A DNA stretch of 64,000 bases, from the NCBI GenBank assembly GCA_963735805.1, contig CAVTMK010000004.1, positions 640,001-704,000 of the forward strand, read 5' to 3'. Numbering within the stretch: position 1 is the first letter of the stretch; each line of letters begins with the position of its first letter. A program made the translations under genes and the position numbers. The notes under the pieces were generated by a model. It was given only the letters and a program-made list of their open reading frames with translations, was not told the DNA's origin and searched no databases. This stretch comes from an uncultured Verrucomicrobiae bacterium. GTDB taxonomy: Bacteria > Verrucomicrobiota > Verrucomicrobiia > Chthoniobacterales > UBA10450. Of the stretch, positions 1 to 8,489 are shown one piece after another.

Positions 1-787
1 CAATGCTTCTCCAATCGACGTGCATTGTGATGTCCGCGTGACCAATTTGCTCAAATGGCGAATCGAGATGTCGATGCTGAGCGCGACTCTGAATGTCCTC
101 CCGAGATCCGCGAGAATGTCCGTAGTCAATGGCGATCACGTAGCCCCTCTGCAAATTTGCGGCGACGCTGTCCAACCAATCGAGCGTAGCTTGGTTAAAC
201 TCCCTGGTTGAGAAAGGACGGTCGACCAACACAAAATTATCATCTCGAAGATCGACGAATTTCTCCGAGCGGCCATTGATCAGCCGTACCGGCATTGCAT
301 CCAGTAGTTCGTTAGAAAAATGAATGCCGGTGAATGGCCCAAGTGAATCGCACCATTCAATCTTGTTCCGAAATTGGTTTAGCACGTGCGATTGCCGCTC
401 TCGCAGAATCGGAAACGGCTCAATTATTCGGTAGCGTAGAGCTTGAAAAAATTCCGGCGTCCGCTCTTGGGCAGATTGGAGCACGTCGCGCGCAAACTGA
501 CCATCGTGCGCTCCCTGCTCAACAATCATGAAATTGTCGATCTTGCCGAGTTGCTCCCAGATTTCGGCGAATTGGGTGGTCAAGAGTTGCCCAAAAAGCG
601 GGCCGACACTGACGTTAGTGAAATAATCACCTTTTCGGCCAATAGCGCAGCGGCCGGAGGCATAGTATCCGTGTTCAGGATGGTAAAGCGCCTGTTCCAT
701 GAACCAGGCGAAGGAAACAGGGCCGTGTTGCTCAATTTCGGCGCGAATCAATCTGATTAGAGCGAGATTTCCCTTCTGGGTATTCAA
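1..787 (-). CDS. SAM-dependent methyltransferase, MidA/NDUFAF7 family (3' end runs off the window)
   Basis: Not in the ORF track. Manual minus-strand translation from TTG at 787 gives LIRAEIEQHGPVSFAWFMEQALYHPEHGYY...GDYFT...EQGAHDG...SNELLDAMP...GYVIAIDYG, matching MidA family motifs. Confidence 0.85.
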   Translation of the reverse strand, partial: MNTQKGNLALIRLIRAEIEQHGPVSFAWFMEQALYHPEHGYYASGRCAIGRKGDYFTNVSVGPLFGQLLTTQFAEIWEQLGKIDNFMIVEQGAHDGQFARDVLQSAQERTPEFFQALRYRIIEPFPILRERQSHVLNQFRNKIEWCDSLGPFTGIHFSNELLDAMPVRLINGRSEKFVDLRDDNFVLVDRPFSTREFNQATLDWLDSVAANLQRGYVIAIDYGHSRGSREDIQSRAQHRHLDSPFEQIGHADITMHVDWRSI

Positions 788-921
788 CTTCCGACCCGCC
801 TACGCTGAAAGCTTCGGGCTGGCAAGGGCTCAACACTGGACGCTCAACTACTGTGCTCTGAATTAGGCTCTGGACGTTCAACGTTGAGCGTTGAGCGTTT
901 CGCTCTTAAATTCCTTCGCTT

Positions 922-3534
922 TTGAGATCCACCGCCACATATCTGAGGCCCCCGCCGGGCTTTCGCTTTCGGCCACCCTGGTATTTGAGGCCGTGGTTTT
1001 ATGTTCCCGTTGGCATCCTTGCATTACTTGTAGTTGTTCTGGCAGTTTACGTCTCCAGCCTGGTCGCCGACCTCAAAGCGGAGGCCAAAACGTTCGATCT
1101 AAGCAAGCTCGAACAAATGGAATCAGCGAGCGTGATCCTCGATCGCAACGGTAAGATCTTCGGCCAGATTTACGTTGAGAACCGCGAAACCGTTCCGTAT
1201 GACCAGTTGCCTCCGGATCTTATTAAGGCGGTGGTTGCAGTCGAAGACGCAAAATTTTATCGGCATCATGGCTACGATTTGTTCGGAATCATCCGTGCGG
1301 CGCTGAAAAATATGACGGCCGGCCACGTGCGCCAGGGAGCCAGCACGGTTACGCAGCAACTGGCGCGAAACAGTTTTTCGCTCAAACAAAAAACGTTCCG
1401 CCGCAAGTTCCTCGAGATTTTCCTGGCGGAACGGATTGAAGACAAATTCAGTAAGGAGAAAATCATGGAGTTATATTTGAACCGGATCTACTTCGGCGGC
1501 GGCCTGTACGGAGCGGAAGCGGCATCGCGGGGGTACTTTAGCAAACCGGCCCGTGAAATGTCGCTGTCAGAATGCGCCACGCTCGCGGGTCTGATCAAGA
1601 GTCCCAACAGATTGTCGCCGTGGACCGACCGCGCAACTTCACGCGAGGCGCGCGACTACGCGCTGGATCGGATGCGCGACCTGGGCTTTATCAGCCGTGA
1701 ACAATATGCGAATGCGCGCGGTCAGGAAATCGTCGTGGGGAGCCGGCAAAATGCACAGGGGCAGACTTACGCAGTGGATTACATCCGCCAGCAGGTGATC
1801 GCTGCCGTTGGATGGGATCGCGCAATAAACGAGGGCTATCGGATTCACACGACCATCGATGTCGATATTCAAAAGGTCGCCGAAGACTCGTTGCGAGCGA
1901 ATCTGGACCGAATTGAACAACATCCCGACTACCATCATCAGACTTACGCCCAATATGCGGAATCGTTTCGCAAGGCGAAGGCAAATGGGAAAATGGCTGA
2001 CCAGCCTGCGCCTGAGTATCTTCAGGGCGCCGTGATCGGCCTGGACAATGCAACGGGTGATATTCTGGCGCTGGTCGGTGGACGCGATTTTGAGCATAAC
2101 CAGTACGATCGCGCGCTCCAGGCTCGCCGGCCGGCCGGGACCGCGATGTTGCCATTTGTTTATGCGGCTGCGTTCGAAAAAGGAATGTATCCCGGTTCAC
2201 TGGTGGAAGACTCGCCGCTAGATAATCGCGCGGTGATGATCGGTGGAACGACGGGAATTCTCGGCGAATGGGGACCCGAAAGCTCCGACAACCGTTACGA
2301 AGGCGCTATGACCGCCAGACAGGCGCTGGCTAAATCAAAGAACGGCGCAACCATCCGAATTGGAATGGACGCGGGAGTCGACGCGGTATTGCAACTTTCC
2401 GCCGCTGCGGGCATTCATTCCCCGCTCCGGCCTTATCCGGCAACATTTCTCGGGAGCAGCGAGGTCACGTTGGCTGAGCTCGCACTCGCGTACACGATAT
2501 TTCCAAATGGCGGCTGGCGGCCAAACGTGTCGCATATTTTGGAGCGCATCGAAGAAAAGGACGGAACACTTGTTTGGGATGCGAAACGCGAGAGTATCCG
2601 GAAAATCGTCATCAAACCTGAAACCGCGTACGAGGTGCATTCGTGCCTCGCAGACGCGCTCGAATCAGGGACAGGAAAAGCCGCCTTTACACAATTTGGC
2701 CTGAAGAGGATCCCAGCAGCCGGTAAAACCGGCACCGCTTACGATTTTACCGATGCACTGTTTGCGGGATACGATTCCAATTTCACCTGTGCCGTTTGGG
2801 CGGGCTTCGACAAGCCGCAAGAGATTTATCGGGGCGCATTTGGCCGCGAGCTGGCGTTGCCCGTTTGGGTCGATATCATGAATGCCGCCGCCCAGCGTTA
2901 TCCACCGCGCGAAATCAAGCAGCCGGCGAATCTCAAGCAGGTTGAGATTTGTTCGAGATCCGGCCTGCTGGCGACGGACAAATGTTACGATGCCGTCAAA
3001 ATGCCGAACGGCGATACCGTTCAACGACGCAGCACTTACATGGAAATTGGGACGCAAGCGCAAGTGCCCACCGTGCCTTGTACTGTCCACGGCGAACCGC
3101 GCGCTCGTCTCGCGCGTGAGTTTCCCTCCAGCGATTTGCCGCGCGCTTCGCTGGCCGTCGACCTGACTGCGGTCACACCAATCGCGATAAAAAGTCCAAC
3201 GTTGTTAGCGGATAAGGATCCTTACAATTCCCTTAAACCAACATTGAAACCTGAGCCTGCGCCCCAAGCAACGGCTGAACCAGTTGCAAATCAAAGGCCC
3301 GACGGTGCAGCCCCATCGAGCGCGGTGAAAACGGCGAACGTTGACGGCAGCGGGGCGGGCAATCAAACGGGGCAAACCGCTCCTGAAATCAGAAAAGCGA
3401 TTCCGGTGCAACCGCAGAACGAGCAACCCGTCGAAATCCGCCGCGCAATACCGGTCAAAACTCTGGACCAGGAAAACCAGGGTGACAGACTTTTGAAACC
3501 GGCAACACCGCCCCCAAGCGATATCGACGAATAG
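922..3534 (+). CDS. Class A penicillin-binding protein (PBP1A-like); transglycosylase motifs intact, transpeptidase SxxK degenerate
   Basis: N-terminal TM; GT51 motifs EDAKFYRHHG, GASTVTQQLARN, RKFLE; TP domain with SKN and KTGT, but GTAMLP in place of GSxxKP; Pro-rich C-terminus. Confidence 0.9.
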   Translation: MRSTATYLRPPPGFRFRPPWYLRPWFYVPVGILALLVVVLAVYVSSLVADLKAEAKTFDLSKLEQMESASVILDRNGKIFGQIYVENRETVPYDQLPPDLIKAVVAVEDAKFYRHHGYDLFGIIRAALKNMTAGHVRQGASTVTQQLARNSFSLKQKTFRRKFLEIFLAERIEDKFSKEKIMELYLNRIYFGGGLYGAEAASRGYFSKPAREMSLSECATLAGLIKSPNRLSPWTDRATSREARDYALDRMRDLGFISREQYANARGQEIVVGSRQNAQGQTYAVDYIRQQVIAAVGWDRAINEGYRIHTTIDVDIQKVAEDSLRANLDRIEQHPDYHHQTYAQYAESFRKAKANGKMADQPAPEYLQGAVIGLDNATGDILALVGGRDFEHNQYDRALQARRPAGTAMLPFVYAAAFEKGMYPGSLVEDSPLDNRAVMIGGTTGILGEWGPESSDNRYEGAMTARQALAKSKNGATIRIGMDAGVDAVLQLSAAAGIHSPLRPYPATFLGSSEVTLAELALAYTIFPNGGWRPNVSHILERIEEKDGTLVWDAKRESIRKIVIKPETAYEVHSCLADALESGTGKAAFTQFGLKRIPAAGKTGTAYDFTDALFAGYDSNFTCAVWAGFDKPQEIYRGAFGRELALPVWVDIMNAAAQRYPPREIKQPANLKQVEICSRSGLLATDKCYDAVKMPNGDTVQRRSTYMEIGTQAQVPTVPCTVHGEPRARLAREFPSSDLPRASLAVDLTAVTPIAIKSPTLLADKDPYNSLKPTLKPEPAPQATAEPVANQRPDGAAPSSAVKTANVDGSGAGNQTGQTAPEIRKAIPVQPQNEQPVEIRRAIPVKTLDQENQGDRLLKPATPPPSDIDE

Positions 3535-3564
3535 GGCGTGATTTCTTTTGCTTTTTCCTAGAGC

Positions 3565-4614
3565 ATGACATCACACGACGTGGACGACTTTCGATTGTCC
3601 GTTTTGAATCCAGCGGGGCACGATGCGGAACAGGAGTTTCGCAACCTGCCTGCGCCAGGCGAAGGCGCGCATCCGCCGATCAACTTCCACGCTTTTGCTG
3701 CCTGTACGCTGGGCGCATTTCATCGTAATCCGCGTCGGGTCATCGCCGAAAACACGCCGGTTCTCCTGCTTTTGCGCGGCGACTTTCGTGCTTCAGAGCG
3801 CGCATTAGCCGATCTGAAGAAACATGGTCGAACCGTTGTTGTTTCGTTAAAGGAGACCGGACTTCATCAGATTGCGCAACAGTTATGCAATCGCGCCAGA
3901 TTATCGCGCTTCATGAAAATTGTGGCACAAGCCGATGGATGCATCGCCACAACTCCCGAAGCCGCGGAAATCTATCAGAGCGCTCGTTGGAGTCTGAGGC
4001 GGGTGAAATTTATTCCGACGCCTTATCCGGTTGAAGATCAAAGATGGAATTTTTGTCTGACCCCGGGCGAGCAATCTGGAATCTTTGTTGGGACACGCGA
4101 ATGGGACGTGCCATCGCGCAATCATTTCGCGGCGCTGCTGGTCGCGCGGCAACTCTGTGACGCGACGAGTGAGCCGGTCACTGTCGTCAATCTTGATGGA
4201 AATAAAGGGCGACGTTTGCTTGCCGAGCTGAAAATTCCGTCGAAGAAACTGCGCGTAATTGAGAGTTGGAAATCGTATCCGCATTATCTACGCGACGTGT
4301 CGCGGCATAAGATCGTCTTACAGTTGGATCGTAGCCATGTGCCAGGTCAGGTAGCAGGCGACGCTCTCCTCTGTCGGATTCCCTGTGTTGGTGGCGACGG
4401 CGCGATTGAACGAATTGCTTTTTCGAAAACTTGCGGCGAGGGCCGGTCAATTCCGGAGATTACTTCGATGGCGCTGGATTTGTTAAAGAACGCTGATTTA
4501 CGCGGCGCGATTGTGGCCGAGTCCGAGCAGCGCGCGCTGGAACGGCTTTCCTTTCAGGCGGTGCGTTCGCAGCTGACAGAGTTTTTTGCTCAGTTCGCTC
4601 AAGGGGAGAGCTAA
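3565..4614 (+). CDS. Hypothetical protein, possibly glycosyltransferase (GT-B)-like
   Basis: 349 aa ORF directly after the PBP gene; C-terminal 'GQVAGDALLCRIPCVGG' resembles the GT4 'E.....G.PVV' region. Confidence 0.5.
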   Translation: MTSHDVDDFRLSVLNPAGHDAEQEFRNLPAPGEGAHPPINFHAFAACTLGAFHRNPRRVIAENTPVLLLLRGDFRASERALADLKKHGRTVVVSLKETGLHQIAQQLCNRARLSRFMKIVAQADGCIATTPEAAEIYQSARWSLRRVKFIPTPYPVEDQRWNFCLTPGEQSGIFVGTREWDVPSRNHFAALLVARQLCDATSEPVTVVNLDGNKGRRLLAELKIPSKKLRVIESWKSYPHYLRDVSRHKIVLQLDRSHVPGQVAGDALLCRIPCVGGDGAIERIAFSKTCGEGRSIPEITSMALDLLKNADLRGAIVAESEQRALERLSFQAVRSQLTEFFAQFAQGES

Positions 4615-4669
4615 ACGACAAGAACTTCTCGCGTCGCCGCGAATGGCAACTGTCGCCAGACGGTCGAAC

Positions 4670-5038
4670 TCAAGCGACGAGACGCCCGATTTCGCCGTAA
4701 AGTTCGAAGCTATCGGAGCACAAGACACAGAGCTGCGTCGTGATAAAACCGGAGATCGCCGCCCAGCCCGCACCAGATTTACTGTCGGCTGCCGTCGTGG
4801 CTGAGCCGTACGTTTCGAGCGCGATCACTGCCGCAGCCGTCCGGTTTTCCACGTTGAGCTTGCTCAAAATATGTTCAACGTGTTTGCAGACGGTTCCCGT
4901 CTTTGCGCCAAGAATGACGCCGATATCGTGGTTGCTTTTCCCCTGTGAAATCCAGAAGAGGACTTCGGCTTCCCGGGGCGTCAACTTTAACGAAGGGAAT
5001 CTCTGAATAGGACGCTGATCGGAAAGAGGAGGATTCAC
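4670..5038 (-). CDS. Stand-alone LuxR/NarL-type HTH transcriptional regulator
   Basis: LTPREAEVLFWISQGKSNHDIGVILGAKTGTVCKHVEHILSKLNVENRTAAA is a classical LuxR C-terminal HTH; no receiver domain. Confidence 0.85.
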   Translation of the reverse strand: MNPPLSDQRPIQRFPSLKLTPREAEVLFWISQGKSNHDIGVILGAKTGTVCKHVEHILSKLNVENRTAAAVIALETYGSATTAADSKSGAGWAAISGFITTQLCVLCSDSFELYGEIGRLVA

Positions 5039-5083
5039 CTTCGGTCTGTTAACAGACGACCGTTATCCCGGCAATAGAATTCG

Positions 5084-5099
5084 TACGCAATTCTGCGTA
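5084..5099. promoter_or_regulatory. Candidate 7-2-7 inverted-repeat operator (TACGCAA-TT-CTGCGTA)
   Basis: Inverted repeat between the divergent LuxR gene and the 5138 gene; TAC...GTA 7-2-7 geometry as in NarL-family sites. A second perfect palindrome GTCTGTTAACAGAC lies at 5044-5057. Confidence 0.4.
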
Positions 5100-5137
5100 T
5101 TCCCAACAATTGCGAAAGGGAGGAAAATCGGCACACC

Positions 5138-6199
5138 ATGAAAAAGACCATCCTCCAAACACTCGCACCGGTTACCCAATACTTCGGAAACTCAACAAAC
5201 CACCCGGTTTTTCGATACCGCTCATTTCTCGTTCCACTTGGGCTGGTGTGCCTTGCGCTTTGCCAACATGTGCAAAGCGCCGTCGACACACCAGATCCAG
5301 GTCCCGTTCCCGTAAGCAATACGGCCGATGGGCAAAGCGCCCTTCAGAGTATTGCCAGCGGCATCTACAATTCAGCATTCGGCATATATTCGCTTCTCAG
5401 CCTCACCGATGGCAATTTTAACACCGGTGTTGGTGCCGGCACACTTCTTGTCAACACGGCGGGTGAAAATACAGCTACCGGCGCCGGCGCGCTTTTAAGC
5501 AACACCATCGGCGACCAAAACACAGGTAATGGCGTGTTCGCTCTATTTAATAATGTTGAAGGTATTCGTAACACTGCGATCGGCGCTCGAGCGCTTCTTA
5601 ACAATGTGGACGATTCTAATACCGCTATCGGCGCTGAAGCGCTTGGCGCGAACACGACCGGTGCTTTTAACGTGGCCGTCGGTGGTAGCGCGCTCCTTGA
5701 CAACACCGCAGGCGCCAGCAACACGGCCGTCGGGGTTGGTTCGCTCAGCCAGGCAACCGGTGATGGCAATATCGCCTTGGGCCGTGTAGCTGGATTTGGT
5801 ATCACCACCGGAAACAATATAATCGCAATCGGTCAACTGCCTGGTGTGTCTGGTGCTTTTGGCGAGGTGGATGACAGCTGCTATATCGCCAACATCTTTG
5901 GTGCGACCGTTGATGCCGGCACAGTCACCATTGTGGGAGTCGACGCCGATGGAAAATTAGGTACGACTGCCGCCGATGCCGCTGGAAATAAGGTGCCGTT
6001 AGCTAACCTGCTAGGCGGTCAACCCCAAGCCATGCTCAGTCGCAAAGTTGAAACGTTGCAAGCAACGGTCGTGCACCAACAGCAACAAATAGAGATTCTA
6101 ACCTCGCAGCTTAAGGAGCAATCCGCACAAATTCAAAAAGTGAGCGCACAAATGGAGCTTGGCAAACCCGCGGCGCAAACGGTGCTGAACAATCAGTAG
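5138..6199 (+). CDS. Secreted beta-helix repeat / trimeric fibre-like protein with C-terminal coiled coil
   Basis: Hydrophobic N-terminal segment, about ten 13-14 aa NTAxGxxALxxNxxG repeats, and a C-terminal heptad region (LQATVVHQQQQIEILTSQLKEQSAQIQKVSAQM). Confidence 0.75.
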   Translation: MKKTILQTLAPVTQYFGNSTNHPVFRYRSFLVPLGLVCLALCQHVQSAVDTPDPGPVPVSNTADGQSALQSIASGIYNSAFGIYSLLSLTDGNFNTGVGAGTLLVNTAGENTATGAGALLSNTIGDQNTGNGVFALFNNVEGIRNTAIGARALLNNVDDSNTAIGAEALGANTTGAFNVAVGGSALLDNTAGASNTAVGVGSLSQATGDGNIALGRVAGFGITTGNNIIAIGQLPGVSGAFGEVDDSCYIANIFGATVDAGTVTIVGVDADGKLGTTAADAAGNKVPLANLLGGQPQAMLSRKVETLQATVVHQQQQIEILTSQLKEQSAQIQKVSAQMELGKPAAQTVLNNQ

Positions 6200-6224
6200 A
6201 GACTGTACGTTGCGTTGTTGATTC

Positions 6225-6250
6225 AGCCGCGGTCAACGACCGCGGCTACA
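6225..6250. repeat. GTAG-type REP-like palindrome (may also act as terminator between convergent genes)
   Basis: AGCCGCGGTC-AAC-GACCGCGGCT-ACA hairpin ending in GGCTACA like the other copies. Confidence 0.7.
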
Positions 6251-6273
6251 ACACTCGCGGCAATTGTTCCAAA

Positions 6274-6573
6274 TCAAAAGACAATCTCGAACAGTTTAAT
6301 ACCGTTCCATTTTCCGGGGTGGTTCGGATCGAAAGAGGTGCTGTCCACCCACGTCCCGTAGCGCGCGGGCGCCCAGGGATTGAGCATCTGGAACGGATTA
6401 CGGCCAGCACCGAGTCCTCGCGGAACTACCCCCTCGACCGCGGGACGTTCCGAGATTGGCGGGGGCGTGGGCATCGCGCGCACCGGTTTTTGCGGTCCAA
6501 TTGGGGCTCTGAATTCTTGTGCCCACGCGGTTGCAACGAGCGCAGCGAGGATTGCTATGACTAATGTTTTCAT
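6274..6573 (-). CDS. Small secreted Pro-rich hypothetical protein
   Basis: Signal peptide MKTLVIAILAALVATAWA; ends in GIKLFEIVF; purine-rich RBS-like sequence upstream. Confidence 0.7.
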   Translation of the reverse strand: MKTLVIAILAALVATAWAQEFRAPIGPQKPVRAMPTPPPISERPAVEGVVPRGLGAGRNPFQMLNPWAPARYGTWVDSTSFDPNHPGKWNGIKLFEIVF

Positions 6574-6642
6574 GTTTTTTCCTTTCGTTCGCGGCGCGCA
6601 AGTTCTTGCCCGTCACAACACCTGCCCACATTATATACGCCG

Positions 6643-7614
6643 ATGGACTACCTTGAAAAGGCCGGACGTGTACTGGATATAGAAATTTTTGAGCTCAAGC
6701 GATTACGGGAGCGCCTGGGCGAAAATTTCACCCAGGCCGTTGAGGTCATCAAGGAGGCGGTCGATGCGCGGGGCAAAGTCGTCGTTGTGGGAGTTGGCAA
6801 GTCCGGGCACGTCGGGGCCAAGATAGCCGCCACGTTGACCAGCACCGGATCTCCGGCAGTGGTGCTTGATTCTTCGAACGCTTTGCATGGTGACCTCGGC
6901 GTAATTGCCGATGGTGATGTCGTACTTGCCTTGAGCGCAAGCGGAGAGACCGAAGAAATGGTGCGGATTCTTCCTGCGATCTCCCGTTTCCAAGTGCGAA
7001 TCATCGCCATGTGCGGGGAGGCTAATTCGACGCTGGCGCAAAATGCGCACCTGTTTCTTGACGTAAACATCGAGCAGGAAGCGTGTCCGTTGAATCTCGC
7101 GCCAACGTCAAGCACTACTGTGATGCTGGCGCTCGGAGATGCCCTGGCGATGGTACTGTTGGAAGCGCGCGGGTTTAACAAGGAGGATTTTGCGAAGTTT
7201 CATCCCGGCGGAATGATCGGCCGCAGTATGCTTGTGCGAGTTCACCAGGTCATGCGCCCACGTGAGGCGATGGCAATTGTTTCGACTGATACGTCGGTGC
7301 GCGACGTCCTAAAAGCAATGACCAGCGTGCGTGCCGGCGCTGCCGTTGTGACCGACGAAAATCAAAAGTTAATGGGTATTTTTACCCACGGCGATTTCGT
7401 GCGCCATTTTCAATTCGATTCAAAGATCGGCCAACGACTCGTTGCAGATCTGATGACGTTGAATCCGGTCACAGTGCATAAAGACAAGCTTGCCGTTGAG
7501 GTTCTTAATCTGCTCGAACGCCATCGTATCGATGACCTGGTTGTCGTCGATGATGACAGCGTGCCCGTTGGGATTGTGGATTCACAGGACCTTACGCGGC
7601 TAAAGCTACTGTAG
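6643..7614 (+). CDS. kdsD: Arabinose-5-phosphate isomerase KdsD/KpsF/GutQ (SIS + 2 CBS)
   Basis: GVGKSGHVG, HGDLG, EACPLNLAPTSST, FHPGG motifs; C-terminal CBS pair. Confidence 0.93.
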   Translation: MDYLEKAGRVLDIEIFELKRLRERLGENFTQAVEVIKEAVDARGKVVVVGVGKSGHVGAKIAATLTSTGSPAVVLDSSNALHGDLGVIADGDVVLALSASGETEEMVRILPAISRFQVRIIAMCGEANSTLAQNAHLFLDVNIEQEACPLNLAPTSSTTVMLALGDALAMVLLEARGFNKEDFAKFHPGGMIGRSMLVRVHQVMRPREAMAIVSTDTSVRDVLKAMTSVRAGAAVVTDENQKLMGIFTHGDFVRHFQFDSKIGQRLVADLMTLNPVTVHKDKLAVEVLNLLERHRIDDLVVVDDDSVPVGIVDSQDLTRLKLL

Positions 7615-7629
7615 CACTTTTCTGCGCTT

Positions 7630-7742
7630 TCATCCCGAGTCGCGCAACGGCAAAGGGCCTCACAATTTGTTGAGCGGTCGTGCAATGTGGCTAGTGTATA
7701 CGGGCATTCTGCGTGAGATCCTTCGCTTTGCTCGGGATGACA
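7630..7742. repeat. GTCAT/CGTC-type palindromic repeat element
   Basis: Terminal inverted repeats TCATCCCGAG...CTCGGGATGA; related copies at 12172, 30072 and 42576. Confidence 0.75.
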
Positions 7743-7803
7743 TGCTTGCATGAGCGCTAACTATAAGTAACGTCCGCGCTCCGGTTTAACAATTTAATGT
7801 CCC

Positions 7804-8361
7804 ATGCCTGCAGCCAACGATCTTCGCAAAGGAATGGCCATAAAATATAATGGCAACGCGGCCATTGTGCTCGAAGTCCATCATCGCACGCCTGGAAATT
7901 TGCGCGCCTTCGTCCAGGCGATCATTCGCTACATCAATACTGGCAAAAGTGCCGACGTTCGTTTCGGCTCAACCGACAAGGTCGAACTCGTTGAGATCGA
8001 ACGAAAACAGCTCGAATTCAGTTACAAAGACCGCAACGGATATCACTTCATGGATCCCGAGACGTATGACACGATCACCTTGCAGGAAAATCTGATCGGC
8101 GACGCCAAAGATTACCTGGTAGAAAATCTTTCCGTGCAGGTGCTCTATGCGGAAGGCAAACCGGTACAGATCGAGCTACCCGCGTCTGTGAGCCTTAAGG
8201 TGATCGAATCTCCGGAAGGCCTGCGCGGCGACACGGCGAGTAATGTGACTAAACCAGCCACACTCGAAACCGGCATGACTATCAACGTCCCGCTCTTCAT
8301 CAAGGAAGGCGAAGCGATCAAGATCGATACGCGCACCCGCGCCTACATGGGCCGCGCGTGA
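7804..8361 (+). CDS. efp: Translation elongation factor P
   Basis: 185 aa; HRTPGNLRAFVQ loop, YHFMDPETY, GDTAS..KPATLETG, VPLFIKEGE.IKIDTR. Confidence 0.96.
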   Translation: MPAANDLRKGMAIKYNGNAAIVLEVHHRTPGNLRAFVQAIIRYINTGKSADVRFGSTDKVELVEIERKQLEFSYKDRNGYHFMDPETYDTITLQENLIGDAKDYLVENLSVQVLYAEGKPVQIELPASVSLKVIESPEGLRGDTASNVTKPATLETGMTINVPLFIKEGEAIKIDTRTRAYMGRA

Positions 8362-8489
8362 TCGCGCTTTTTGGGTAACGGTTCGATCGGAGGGCGTAGC
8401 TCTTCCCCCACAATTTGTCTGTGCGATCCGCGTAATCCGCGGTTCCGTCTTGATTTTGGCTGGTTAACGCTGCGTAATCTGCGGCAACT

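Noticed and set aside
20..760. Plus-strand ORFs 20-211, 334-531 and 443-760
   Set aside because: Antisense shadows of the minus-strand MidA-family methyltransferase.
5138..6199. Prophage tail fibre indicating a prophage
   Set aside because: No integrase, terminase, capsid or other phage genes nearby; the protein has an export-like N-terminus.
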